Shown: positions 8,114 through 17,373 of the stretch, in pieces
Position numbering within the stretch: the stretch's first letter is position 1
Layout of the letters: every line of letters begins with the position of its first letter
Program-made: the position numbers and the translations under genes
IMG/VR virus record: IMGVR_UViG_3300037465_000379
Location: 1 to 33,982 of that record
Direction: 5' to 3' (one strand)
DNA length: 33,982 bases
Origin: a virus
Lineage: Duplodnaviria > Caudoviricetes
Notes under the pieces: generated by a model
Told to the model about the DNA's origin: nothing
Databases searched by the model: none
What the model saw: only the letters and a program-made list of their open reading frames with translations

Positions 8114-9285
8114 CGACGCTCCCTCGCATCCTTGCGCGGGTGTTCGACGCGCCGCTGGCGGTCGAGCCGGGCCGGGCCGAGACGCTGGCTCGGGTGCTGG
8201 CGCCGCGGCTGGTCGGGCAGGGCGTGTTGCCGGTGCCCGAGATCGCGGCCGACCGCGCCGACATGGCGGTGATGGACGGGGTGGCCAGGATCGCCGTGCA
8301 CGGGACGCTGGTGGCGCGCGGCGGGTTCGTCGACGCGGCGTCCGGGCTGCGCTCCTACGAGCAGATCGCGGCCGACCTGGAGGCGGCGCTGGCGGACCCC
8401 TCGGTCCGGGCGATCGTGCTGGACGTGGACTCGCCCGGCGGCGAGATGACCGGACTCGTGCCGCTGGTCCGGAAGCTGCGGGCGGCGCGGGCGGTGAAGC
8501 CCGTGTCGGCGGTGGCGCAGGACCAGGCGCTCTCGGCGGCCTACGCGATCGCGTCGGCGGCGGGCTCGCTCTACGCGAGCGAGACGGCGATCCTGGGCTC
8601 GATCGGGGTGATCGTGATGCACCTCGACCAGTCGGCGATGGACGAGCAACTCGGGCTGCGCTGGACGCCGATCATCGGCGGCGCGCACAAGGCGGACTTC
8701 TCCTCGCACACCCCGCTGTCCGACGGGGCCCGGGCGCGGCTGCAGGCGGTGGTGGACGAGGCGTATGCGGTCCTGGTGCACGAGGTGGCGGCCAACCTGG
8801 GCACGTCCGAGGCGGCGATCCGGGCGACGGAGGCGCGGATCATGACGGCGCGCGAGGCGGTCGCCTCGGGGTTCGCGGTGGGTATTTCGGGCGAGGGCGG
8901 CACAGGGTATCATAGGAGCAACACCACGAGGGCAAGCGCGATGGACGAGAGCGAGGATCAGGGTCGGCAGGTGATCGACCTGGACGCGGTGCGGGCCGAG
9001 GCGAAGGCCGCGGCCATGGAGGAGGTCCGCAAGCGGGTGCAGGAGATCACGGACCTGTGCCGTCTGGCGGGCGCCGAACATCGCGCCGCCGAGTTCATCG
9101 CGGCCAACGTGACGGTGGCGGAGGTGCGGGCGGCGCTGCTGGCGGAGCGGGCGAGCACGCCGGTCCTCTCGCCGATGCGCGCGGAGCCGCAGATGGTCGG
9201 CGGGCGCAGTCACGCCCAGAGGTGGGCGGAGGCCTACGCGCCTCTGCGGCATCGAGGTGGCCGTCCGATCGGCCAGGTCATGTGA
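8110..9285 (+). CDS. Capsid maturation protease (S49, gpC-like) with C-terminal scaffold region
   Basis: LDVDSPGG, SAAYAIAS (catalytic Ser), GSIGVI and GAHK; ATGA overlap with the portal stop; helical Ala/Glu-rich C-terminus. Confidence 0.92.
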   Translation: MTTLPRILARVFDAPLAVEPGRAETLARVLAPRLVGQGVLPVPEIAADRADMAVMDGVARIAVHGTLVARGGFVDAASGLRSYEQIAADLEAALADPSVRAIVLDVDSPGGEMTGLVPLVRKLRAARAVKPVSAVAQDQALSAAYAIASAAGSLYASETAILGSIGVIVMHLDQSAMDEQLGLRWTPIIGGAHKADFSSHTPLSDGARARLQAVVDEAYAVLVHEVAANLGTSEAAIRATEARIMTAREAVASGFAVGISGEGGTGYHRSNTTRASAMDESEDQGRQVIDLDAVRAEAKAAAMEEVRKRVQEITDLCRLAGAEHRAAEFIAANVTVAEVRAALLAERASTPVLSPMRAEPQMVGGRSHAQRWAEAYAPLRHRGGRPIGQVM

Positions 9286-9298
9286 GGAGGACGGCCCC

Positions 9299-10204
9299 AT
9301 GGGGACCATGATCCAGACGCCGGGCGCCGGCGCGGCGCTGCTCTCGGAGGCGGCGGGCTTCTACTCGCGCGAGGAGGTCGTGGTCGCCGCGGGGCAGAAC
9401 CTGGCGGCGAACGCGGTCATCGGGCAGGTGACCGCGACCGCGACGACGGTGGTCGCCGCCGCCGGCAACACCGGAAACGGCACGGTCGGCACGATCACGC
9501 TGCAGGCCGGGGTCCGCGAGGGCACCTACAAGGTGGTGTTCATCGAGGCGGCGGCCAATGCGGGCAAGTACGAGCTGCGCCGGCCCGATGGCACCCTGGT
9601 GGGCGTGGGGACCGTGGGCGGGGCGTTCGCCGCCGGCGAGCTGGCGTTCACCATCGCCGACGGCTCGACCGACTTCGCGGCGGGCGACTCCTTCGACATC
9701 ATCGTCCACGCCAGCTCGGTGGTGGCGGTGGCCGGCAACACCGGCAACGGCACGGTCACGCTGCTGGGAACCAGCCCGGGCGCCACCCCCGGGGTCTACA
9801 AGCTCCGCTGCACCGCGGCCGCAACCAACGGCGGCACGTTCTCGGTCGAGGACCCGAAGGGCGTGGCGCTGGGCAGCGCCACGGTGGGCACCACCTGGAA
9901 CGGCGAGATCGCCTTCCGGATCAACGACGGCTCGGCCGACTTCGCGGTGGGCGACGGGTTCGATGTCACGGTGACGCGGGGCCAGGTGGCGGCCTGGAAC
10001 CCGCTGGGCACCAACGGCACGGCGCAGGCCTACGGGGTGCTGTGGGACGCCGTGGATGCGACCGCGGCCGCCGCCGCCGGCGCGGCGGTGGTCCGCGACG
10101 CCGAGATCCGGATCGCGGCGCTGTCCTGGCTGGCCGGCATGTCCGAGGCCAACAAGGCGGTGGGCGTGGCGCAACTGGCCAAGCGTGGCCTGCTCGGTCG
10201 CTGA
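9299..10204 (+). CDS. Head decoration protein (gpD-like) with two tandem inserted beta-rich domains
   Basis: LLSEAAGFYSREEV..GQNL..NAVIG and WNP...GVLWDAVDA..VVRDAE..L.W flank a duplicated ~90-aa unit. GAGGAGG RBS; lies between protease and capsid. Confidence 0.88.
   Translation: MGTMIQTPGAGAALLSEAAGFYSREEVVVAAGQNLAANAVIGQVTATATTVVAAAGNTGNGTVGTITLQAGVREGTYKVVFIEAAANAGKYELRRPDGTLVGVGTVGGAFAAGELAFTIADGSTDFAAGDSFDIIVHASSVVAVAGNTGNGTVTLLGTSPGATPGVYKLRCTAAATNGGTFSVEDPKGVALGSATVGTTWNGEIAFRINDGSADFAVGDGFDVTVTRGQVAAWNPLGTNGTAQAYGVLWDAVDATAAAAAGAAVVRDAEIRIAALSWLAGMSEANKAVGVAQLAKRGLLGR
9449..9975 (+). repeat. Intragenic tandem domain duplication, 270-nt period
   Basis: gccggcaacaccgg(a/c)aacggcacggtc occurs at 9461 and 9731. 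Both units end DGSxDFAxGDxFD. Confidence 0.85.
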
Positions 10205-10215
10205 GGAGAGCCCCT

Positions 10216-11238
10216 ATGGCAACGATGGACGTCTTCGGGACCGATGCGTTCTCGCTGGTCGAGCTGACCAATGCGATCACGCACCAGGAGTACCTGCCGG
10301 GCTTCCTGGGCTCGCTGAACCTGTTCGCGGTGCAGCCCGTCCGGACCACCACGGTCGCGATCGAGAGCGTGGCGAACACGCTGCGGCTGGTGCAGACCAC
10401 GCCGCGCGGCGCGCCGCCGGACGTGCGGACCAATGAGATGCGGGAGATCCGGGACGTCCGCACCGTCCGGATCGCGCAGTCCGACACGCTGCAGGCCTCG
10501 GAGATCCAGGGGCTTCGGGCGTTCGGCTCGGAGGACCAGCTCGCGATGGTCCAGGCCGAGTGGGCGCGCCGCACGTCCGCCCTTCGCGACAACATCGCGC
10601 TCACCTGGGAGAACATGCGGCTCGGCGCGATCCAGGGCGTGGTGACCGACGCGGACGGCAGCGAGCTGGTCGACTGGTACGACCTGTTCGGCGTCGCCAA
10701 GCCGGCGGAAATCGACTTCGATCTGGACAACGCCAATCCGGCGGCGGGCGCGCTGCGGAAGGCGTGCACGGGCGTGATCCGGGCGATGCAGCGAGCCGCG
10801 GGCGGAGCCTGGACGCCGAACACGATGGCGTACGGGCTGTGCGGCGACGACTTCTGGGATGCGCTGATCGCTCACGAGGAGGTCAGGCAGACGTATCTCA
10901 ATTACGCGGCCGCCGCCGAGCTGCGCAATCCGACCGCGTGGGAAATGTTCCGCTTCGGCGGTATCATGTTCGTCAACTATCGGGGCACGGACGACAACAG
11001 CACGGTCGCGGTCCCGTCCGCGAAGTGCAAGTTCTTCCCGGTGGGCGCCAGCGACATGTTCGCGGTGGCGTTCTCGCCGGGCGAGAGCTTCGAGGTGGTC
11101 AACACGCTCGGCCGCCCGCTCTACAACATCGCGGTGACGGACCGCGATCGGAACGCCTGGGTGCGCAGCGAGCTGTATTCCTACCCGCTGTTCATCTGCC
11201 TGCGGCCGAAGGTGCTGCAGTCGGCGCGGATGACCTGA
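10216..11238 (+). CDS. Major capsid protein, lambda gpE family
   Basis: MDVF..DAFSLVELTNAI, TWENMRLGAIQG..DADG, SYPLFICLRP; GAGGAG RBS; 340 aa. Confidence 0.95.
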   Translation: MATMDVFGTDAFSLVELTNAITHQEYLPGFLGSLNLFAVQPVRTTTVAIESVANTLRLVQTTPRGAPPDVRTNEMREIRDVRTVRIAQSDTLQASEIQGLRAFGSEDQLAMVQAEWARRTSALRDNIALTWENMRLGAIQGVVTDADGSELVDWYDLFGVAKPAEIDFDLDNANPAAGALRKACTGVIRAMQRAAGGAWTPNTMAYGLCGDDFWDALIAHEEVRQTYLNYAAAAELRNPTAWEMFRFGGIMFVNYRGTDDNSTVAVPSAKCKFFPVGASDMFAVAFSPGESFEVVNTLGRPLYNIAVTDRDRNAWVRSELYSYPLFICLRPKVLQSARMT

Positions 11239-11255
11239 TCGGCGGACGAGCGGCG

Positions 11256-11570
11256 GTGGCGGATGCGTTCGAGCGGATGCGCGCCGCCGTGCTCGGCTCC
11301 GAGCTGGCCGTGGACGCGACCTGGCTGCCAGGCGGACAGGAGCCCGGCGCGGCGGTGCGCGCGCTGCTCACGCGGCCGGACGAGCGGGTGTCGCTCGGCC
11401 TGACGCCCGTGATCGTGGGCACGGCGCTGATCGAGGTCTCGACCGCCGACGTGCCGAGCCCCGTGGCGGGCGACGAGCTGCTGATCGAGGGCGTGCGCTG
11501 GGTGGTCCAGGGGGCGCCGATCCGAGACGAGCGCCAGCTGTTCTGGCGGCTGGACGCCGCCCCGCGGTGA
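11256..11570 (+). CDS. Head-tail joining/closure protein (gpFII-like)
   Basis: ~104 aa after the capsid gene; P.AGDELLIEGVRWVVQGAPIRDERQLFWRLD pattern. The GTG start is inferred. Confidence 0.75.
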   Translation: MADAFERMRAAVLGSELAVDATWLPGGQEPGAAVRALLTRPDERVSLGLTPVIVGTALIEVSTADVPSPVAGDELLIEGVRWVVQGAPIRDERQLFWRLDAAPR

Positions 11571-12334
11571 GCCTCCGCCTGCGGGTGGCGGCGAACACCA
11601 CGCTGCCGGCCCTGATGGACAAGGACGTCAACCTGATGGAGCGGGCGGTGACCCGCGCGGCTTCGGGCGCCGGGCGCCGGCTGCTGGAGCTGCTGCGGGC
11701 GACCACCCGGGCGGCGCTCAAGAAGGGCCGCGGCGTGGCGAACGCGTGGCGGCTGCGGGTCTACCCGGACCCGAAGAGGCAGGCCTCCCTGAGCCCGGCC
11801 GCCCTGCTGCGCACCAAGACGCCCGAGATCATCACCGCCTTCGACCGCGGCGAGGTGATCCGGGCGCTGGGCGCGCGCTATATGGTGATCCCCACCGGGT
11901 TCAACCTGATCGGCGGCCGCCGCCGGAAGGCGGACCGCTACGGGGCGGCGCAGCGCTACGCCCACCTGCGGGTGACGCCGCAGCAGATGATGGCGACGCA
12001 GATGTCGTTCACCCGGCCGGTCCCGGGCAAGCCGGGCCGGCTGCTGTGGTGCCTGCCGGTGTTCGAGCGCACGTCGCTCACCGCCAAGGGCCGCACGCGG
12101 CGCCAGGCGATGGCGGTCGGGCTCCTGGCGGTCGGGACGCGGGTTGCGGAACGCAAGCGGCTGCTGGCTCGGGGCTGGGTCCCGATGTTCATCCTGGCGG
12201 AGACCGTGAAGCAGCCGAAATACTGGGACCTGGAGGCGCACGCCAACGCCGGGCTGGCGTTCCTGGCGCTGGCGCTGGAGCGAAACGTGCGCCTGGAACA
12301 GACGCAGGGGGTCCTGCCGAATGACGACGCGTGA
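11567..12334 (+). CDS. Neck/minor tail protein (DUF6441-like)
   Basis: ERAVTRA..G..L...RVYP...SLSPAALL.TK.P.II.AFD.G.VIR...VPMFIL pattern. GTGA overlap; typical position after the FII-like gene. Confidence 0.7.
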   Translation: MSLRLRVAANTTLPALMDKDVNLMERAVTRAASGAGRRLLELLRATTRAALKKGRGVANAWRLRVYPDPKRQASLSPAALLRTKTPEIITAFDRGEVIRALGARYMVIPTGFNLIGGRRRKADRYGAAQRYAHLRVTPQQMMATQMSFTRPVPGKPGRLLWCLPVFERTSLTAKGRTRRQAMAVGLLAVGTRVAERKRLLARGWVPMFILAETVKQPKYWDLEAHANAGLAFLALALERNVRLEQTQGVLPNDDA

Positions 12335-12761
12335 GGCGGCGCTCGTGGAGCTGCTGGCGAGGCTGCGGGCGGAGTTCGAGCCGGACCTCCCGGTCGACCG
12401 CAACGTCACGATCGACGAGACCGTGCCGGCGCCGGGCTTGATCGTGCTGCGCGACGGGGACCCGGGCGAGCCCCTGATGGCGATCGGGGCGGCGACGCCT
12501 TGGTACCATTGGGAGCACGTAGCCGAGGCCGAGGTCATGGTGGCGGACCAGAACGACGCGGCGCGGTCCAGCCGGCTCGACCAGGTGATGGAGAGGATCG
12601 ACGCGGTGGTGCGGGCGGACCCGACGCTGGGCGGGCTGATCGCGGCGGCGCGGGTGATGGCGCCCGAAATCCTGCACGAGCGGGTGCCGGGGGCGGTGCC
12701 GCACGCATACGCGCGGCTGCCGATCGTGCTACAGTTTGCCACGAGCAGCGGCGTCGGCTGA
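12321..12761 (+). CDS. Tail terminator/completion protein (gpU-like)
   Basis: MTTRE..L..L, GLIVLRDGDPGEP, Y.WEH.AE.EV and ADPTLGGL; lies directly before the tail tube gene. Confidence 0.75.
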   Translation: MTTREAALVELLARLRAEFEPDLPVDRNVTIDETVPAPGLIVLRDGDPGEPLMAIGAATPWYHWEHVAEAEVMVADQNDAARSSRLDQVMERIDAVVRADPTLGGLIAAARVMAPEILHERVPGAVPHAYARLPIVLQFATSSGVG

Positions 12762-12798
12762 GGCCGCGTAGGGCGGACAGGCGGCGAGGAGGACGGTC

Positions 12799-13752
12799 AT
12801 GGCGGCACCGGCAAGCGGCGCGAACGCGAAGGTGGCGATGAAGCGCGAGACCACCTACGGGGTGGCGGCGAGCGGCAACTACGTGCTGGTGCCGGCCTAT
12901 TCGATCGAGCTGGCGCCGCGCCAGGAGTTCGAGCGGCAGCCGCTGATCGGGCTGGGGCGGCAGCCGGTCCGTCCGACGCGCGGCATCATCGAGGTGACCG
13001 GCACGGTGGAGCTGCCGATCGACCTGCGGGCGATCGGGCATTGGCTCACCATGCTGCTGGGGCTCCCGGCGACCAGCGGCAGCGGGCCCTACACGCACGT
13101 CTGGTCGAGCACGGCGACGGCGCTGCCCAGCTTCACCATGGAGGTGCAGCACGTCGATCTGGCGTCGCCGCGCTACCTGCGGACCGTGGGCGTGATGGCG
13201 AACCGGGCGGCGTTCCGGTTCGAGCCCGGCGGGTTCCCGCGGCTGCGGCTGGACCTGATCGGCGCCGCGCAGAGCAACGAGACCACCTCGGCCGCGGGGA
13301 CGCCCACCGAATTGGCATACACGCCGTTCAGCAACCTACAGTCCCTGATCAAGAAGGACGGGAGCAACTGGGCGAAGGTCTTGAACAGCAACATCAACTA
13401 CAACAACAACCTCGACCTCATGCGGTACGTCGGCGGCGGCGGCGTCGTCGAGGACATCGTGCCGGGCGCAATCGAGATCGACGGGGACATCACGCTGGCG
13501 CTCGCGGACGACAGCAGCCTGGACCTCGCCGAGGCGGCCACCGTGTTCGACCTGCAGATCGGCTGGACGGGCGGCGCGTCGCAGTCCTTCACGATCGAGC
13601 TGGACCAGGCGGAGCTGGGGCGCGCGGGCCCGCCGGTGAACGGCGGCGGGCGCGTCGAAGTGACGCACGAGATGGTGGGCTCCAAGGACAGCAGCGAGGG
13701 GCGCGCTCTGGCGATCACGGTGGTGAACGACGTCACGAGCTACGCGGTCTGA
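12799..13752 (+). CDS. Tail tube (major tail) protein
   Basis: GANAKVAMKRETTYG, LIGLGRQP, PIDLRAIGHWL.MLLG.P, LPSFTMEV and terminal VVNDVTSY; GAGGAGG RBS. No sheath gene is present. Confidence 0.9.
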   Translation: MAAPASGANAKVAMKRETTYGVAASGNYVLVPAYSIELAPRQEFERQPLIGLGRQPVRPTRGIIEVTGTVELPIDLRAIGHWLTMLLGLPATSGSGPYTHVWSSTATALPSFTMEVQHVDLASPRYLRTVGVMANRAAFRFEPGGFPRLRLDLIGAAQSNETTSAAGTPTELAYTPFSNLQSLIKKDGSNWAKVLNSNINYNNNLDLMRYVGGGGVVEDIVPGAIEIDGDITLALADDSSLDLAEAATVFDLQIGWTGGASQSFTIELDQAELGRAGPPVNGGGRVEVTHEMVGSKDSSEGRALAITVVNDVTSYAV

Positions 13753-13781
13753 GCGGGGCGGGCCGGCCGGCCGGGGGGCGC

Positions 13782-14198
13782 ATGGCAAAACTGATGCGAG
13801 GGCGGCCGACGGAGCCCGCCTGGTTGCCGTTGACCACCACCTGCCGGCTGCAGGTTCGGCTGTTCGATCCGGTGGCCGAGCACGCGGCGTGGATGGCGCA
13901 CCTGGACGCGCGGCGGCAGAACCCGGCCGACGTCGTGGCGGCGAGCTGGGCGGAGAAGATGGCCCTGGCGCAGCGCGTGATCGTCGGCTGGGAGGGCATC
14001 CTGGACGAGGCGGGCCAGCCGGCGCCGTGCACGCCGGAGAACGTGCGGCGGCTGCTGGAGGACGGGATCGACGAGGTGGCGATCTCGGTGCTCGACCTGT
14101 TCTACGTCATGTATCTGGCGGAGCGGGACCGCTGGAGGGCGGAGGGAAACGGCTCCGCGGCCTCGCCCGCTGGCAATGGCGGCGAGGCGGCGGTCTAG
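13782..14198 (+). CDS. Tail assembly chaperone (gpG-like)
   Basis: IVGWEGILDEAGQPAPCTPENV motif. Lies between tail tube and tape measure and ends with an EGN slippery site. Confidence 0.85.
   Translation: MAKLMRGRPTEPAWLPLTTTCRLQVRLFDPVAEHAAWMAHLDARRQNPADVVAASWAEKMALAQRVIVGWEGILDEAGQPAPCTPENVRRLLEDGIDEVAISVLDLFYVMYLAERDRWRAEGNGSAASPAGNGGEAAV
14144..14150 (+). promoter_or_regulatory. Programmed -1 ribosomal frameshift heptamer G GGA AAC
   Basis: X XXY YYZ in the correct phase of the chaperone ORF (GAG GGA AAC). The -1 frame stays open to 14503. Confidence 0.85.
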
Positions 14199-14503
14199 CC
14201 TTCTGCGGGCGGTGCCGGGACATCGCGGCGCCGTGCGCGACGAGCGAGCCCTGGCGGTGCGAGTACGCCCGGCATGCGCCGGAGACGGAGGCCGGCGCCG
14301 CGGTGTGGGCGGTGGTCGCGGCGATGCCCGGGGCGCTGCGGCTGGCCCCGATGGGCGGCGTGCTGGGCTTCGACGTGTCGACGCTGGTGCTGGTGGCCGA
14401 GGCGCAGGGCGTGGACCGCGCCAGCCTGCTCTTCTTCCTGCCCTGGATCGAGTCTGGCATGCTCGAAGCGGTGGCGGAGGAGCCCGCGCGCGAAGGCGCC
14501 TAG
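14144..14503 (+). CDS. Frameshift extension of the tail chaperone (gpGT-like T domain)
   Basis: The -1 frame reads LARWQW..FCGRC..C..C..PETEAGAAVWAV..GVLGFD..LLFFLPWIESGM. No convincing independent RBS or start. Confidence 0.8.
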   Translation, partial: GKRLRGLARWQWRRGGGLAFCGRCRDIAAPCATSEPWRCEYARHAPETEAGAAVWAVVAAMPGALRLAPMGGVLGFDVSTLVLVAEAQGVDRASLLFFLPWIESGMLEAVAEEPAREGA

Positions 14504-14594
14504 GAGGCGCGTAGGCGCGCGGGACGGGCACCCCGCCCCCCTGGGGTAGCGGGGGCGGTCGGATCGTGGCCCTACGGGGCGCCCAGGGGCCCTT
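14492..14594 (+). repeat. Dispersed imperfect palindromic element, copy 2
   Basis: gaaggcgcctaggaggc...GGTAGC(14545)-11nt-GATCGtggccctacggggcgcccaggggccctt. Confidence 0.75.
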
Positions 14595-14624
14595 ACGGGG
14601 CCGCCAGCGACGGGGTGCGGGACG

Positions 14625-17369
14625 ATGGCGACGACCGGCTCGCAGTTGACCAGGACCATCCGGCTGCAGGTCGACGGCGGCAACGTCGTCGTCCAGGAGA
14701 TCCGCAACGTCGCGACGCAGGGCGAACGCCAGCTCCAGCAGATGGCGACGTCCGCCGAAGACAGCATGCGCCGGTTCGGGCGCGCCACCCGCAACGCGGT
14801 AGGCGGCATCGCCCTGCAGCTTCAGGACGTGGCGGTTCAGCTCCAGAGCGGCCAGAACCCGCTGATCATCCTCACCCAGCAGGGCTCGCAGATCGCCTCG
14901 GTGTTCGGGCCGGGCGGGATCGTGGCGGGCGCGTTCCTCGCCATGGGCGGGCTGCTGGCGAACCTGGCCTTCGGGTTCGAGGACGTGAACAGGGAAGGCA
15001 AGACCACCCTGGAGCTGTTCGAGGACCTGCTCAAGACCGTGCCGCGCACGGCTGAGGAGATGGAGAAGCTCGTCACGCAGGTGCGGGGATTGAGCCCGCG
15101 GTCGCGCGAAGCGGGCACCGTGGCGTTGACCAGCGAGCTGAACCGGCTGGATGAGGAGCGGAAGAGGCTCACGGCGCAAATCGCCGAAGCGGCGCGCCCG
15201 ATCCTGGAGCAAATGGCCGAGGGCCGGCAAATCTACCAGACGACGTTGGCCCAGGCCTACCTGGCGCCAGACGATCGGGCAGTCGCCCAGCAGCGCTTGA
15301 AGATGCTCGAAGAGCAGGCGGCGGCGATCGAGCGTGTGGTCGCGCAAGAAAAGGGCGCGCTCATCGAGCTGCAAGGGCTGATGAAGCTGGAGTCCAACGC
15401 CGGGTTCGCCGCGCAGGTGGAGGAATTCTCCAAGCAAGCGGCGGACGCGATCGTGGATATCGACACGCTGCTCAAGAAGCAGAGCGCGCTGTCCGAGCAG
15501 TTGAAGGTTCTGCGCGGCGAGGTGCCCGCGGCGGAAGGCGGTGACCCGCGCGCCAAGCGCGAGGCGGAGCAGCGCGATCGGAAGCTCAACGAGGAGCTCG
15601 CGCGGGCGATGCAGGAGCGCCTCCGCGCCCAGCTCGACCTGCAGGAGCAGGCCGGGGAGCTGACCAAAGACCAGCGGGCACAGATGGAGGTGATCGCCGA
15701 CCTGGAGCGGCAGCAGCTCGACCTCACCGACGCCCGCGTCGCGAAGATGCTCGAAGAGGCGCGGGTGCGCGGGCAACTGCTGAAGGCCGCGGATGCCGCC
15801 AAGGAAGCCGAGAAGCTGTCCGGGTTCCTGCGCACCCTTGAAGGCAAGGTGCTGGAAAGCGAGGGCCGGCTCGGCAAGGAGGTCGGCAAGCCGTTGTCGC
15901 GGGCACAGGAGATCGCCCGCACGATCGCCGAGATCATGGCCGAGGCGAAGCGGGTGGCGGGCGACGCCGCGCTGGTCATGGAGGAGCGGGTCGCGGTGCT
16001 GGCGGGGCGCCTCGTCGACGCCAAGCGCGCCATCGAGGTGGAGCCGAAGATCGCCGACCTGGCGCGGCGCGCCGCCGAGGCGCAGCGCGAGCTGGCCGAG
16101 AAGCGCGGCACGCTCACGCGGGGCGAAGCGGTGCGGGCGCGCGAGACGGAACGGCTCGCCGCAGCGGGCCTGGGCGAGGAGGACCTGGCGCGGCCCGACG
16201 TGCAGGAGGCGCTGGACGCGCTCGCGCGCGCCGAGCAGGGCATGCGCGCCCTGGAGGAGGCGAAGCGAGCCGGCGAGGTGGTCGCGCAATCGCACGCCCG
16301 GCGGCTGGAGGCCGAGAACGCGCTGCTGCTGGCGCAGGGCAAGATCACCCGCGACGCCGTCGCGCAGCAGCAGGCGCGGCAGCAGTTGGTGCAGCAGGGG
16401 ATCGCCGCGACCTCGCAGGCCGGCAAGGAGATCCTGGCCAACGCGGCGGCGGCGGAGAAGGCGCGGGCGGCGCTGGAGGCCTGGAACAAGGAGGAGCAGC
16501 AGCGCCAGTCGCTGGCGCAGTTGACCGAGCGGCGGGTCCAGCAGGAGGAGCGGATCGCCGTCCTGCTGCGGCAGCAGACCCAGGCGCAGGTGGATGCGGC
16601 GAAGGCGCAGCGCGAGCTGGTGGCGGACAAGATCGCGCCCGACAGCGCGATCGGGCGGGCCCGCCTGGCGGAGCAGGCGCGGCTGAGCGAGCTGGAGAAG
16701 CGCGAAAAAGAGATCCTGGAGCAGCAGCGGCGGGCGGAGGAGATCGGGCAAGGGCTGGGCGAGGGCTTGGCGCGCGGCTTCGAGCGGGCGATCTTCCAGG
16801 CCGAGAACCTCACCGACGTAATGCGCGAGCTGGGCGAGGAGATGGCGCGACTCCTGCTGCGGATGCTGCTGCTGGAGCCCCTGGCGCGGTCCATCGGAAG
16901 CGCGGTGACCGGCTACCTGCAGCCGACGCCCGGCACGGCGCCGCCGCCGCGGGCCTACGTCCAGGGCTACGGAACGCCCCTGGCGCGGGGCGGGGTGATC
17001 GCGGACGGCCTGCTGCAGGCGTTCGCCTCGGGCGGCATCGTGCGGCGCCCGAAGCTGTTCCCGCTGGCCGACGGCGGCGTCGGCCTGATGGGCGAGGGCG
17101 GCCCCGAGGCGATCCTGCCGCTGCGCCGCGGCACCGGCGGCCGGCTCGGGGTCGAAGCCTCGGCGGCCCGCCCGGTCCTCAACGTCTCCGTCCAGACCAT
17201 CGACCAGCGCCGCGCCGGCGCCCCGGTCGAGACCGACGTGCAGCAGCAGGCAGACGGCAGCGTGACGATCCGGCAGGTCGTTCGGGATCTGGTCGCGAAC
17301 GGGCTGGCCCGCGGCGAGTACGACGCGTCCTTCCGGCGCCGCTATGGCGTCGTGCCGGCTGCGAGGTGA
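14625..17369 (+). CDS. Tail tape measure protein
   Basis: 914 aa, Ala/Glu/Gln/Arg helical. N-terminal QLQDVAVQLQSGQNPL.IL.QQG.QI (lambda-type TMP) and C-terminal FASGGIV..GLMGEGGPEAILPL. Confidence 0.95.
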   Translation: MATTGSQLTRTIRLQVDGGNVVVQEIRNVATQGERQLQQMATSAEDSMRRFGRATRNAVGGIALQLQDVAVQLQSGQNPLIILTQQGSQIASVFGPGGIVAGAFLAMGGLLANLAFGFEDVNREGKTTLELFEDLLKTVPRTAEEMEKLVTQVRGLSPRSREAGTVALTSELNRLDEERKRLTAQIAEAARPILEQMAEGRQIYQTTLAQAYLAPDDRAVAQQRLKMLEEQAAAIERVVAQEKGALIELQGLMKLESNAGFAAQVEEFSKQAADAIVDIDTLLKKQSALSEQLKVLRGEVPAAEGGDPRAKREAEQRDRKLNEELARAMQERLRAQLDLQEQAGELTKDQRAQMEVIADLERQQLDLTDARVAKMLEEARVRGQLLKAADAAKEAEKLSGFLRTLEGKVLESEGRLGKEVGKPLSRAQEIARTIAEIMAEAKRVAGDAALVMEERVAVLAGRLVDAKRAIEVEPKIADLARRAAEAQRELAEKRGTLTRGEAVRARETERLAAAGLGEEDLARPDVQEALDALARAEQGMRALEEAKRAGEVVAQSHARRLEAENALLLAQGKITRDAVAQQQARQQLVQQGIAATSQAGKEILANAAAAEKARAALEAWNKEEQQRQSLAQLTERRVQQEERIAVLLRQQTQAQVDAAKAQRELVADKIAPDSAIGRARLAEQARLSELEKREKEILEQQRRAEEIGQGLGEGLARGFERAIFQAENLTDVMRELGEEMARLLLRMLLLEPLARSIGSAVTGYLQPTPGTAPPPRAYVQGYGTPLARGGVIADGLLQAFASGGIVRRPKLFPLADGGVGLMGEGGPEAILPLRRGTGGRLGVEASAARPVLNVSVQTIDQRRAGAPVETDVQQQADGSVTIRQVVRDLVANGLARGEYDASFRRRYGVVPAAR

Positions 17370-17373
17370 GACG

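Noticed and set aside
12321-12761. Family often labelled acyl-CoA transferase in automated annotations
   Set aside because: Size, position before the tail tube gene and lack of enzyme motifs indicate a tail terminator, not a metabolic gene.
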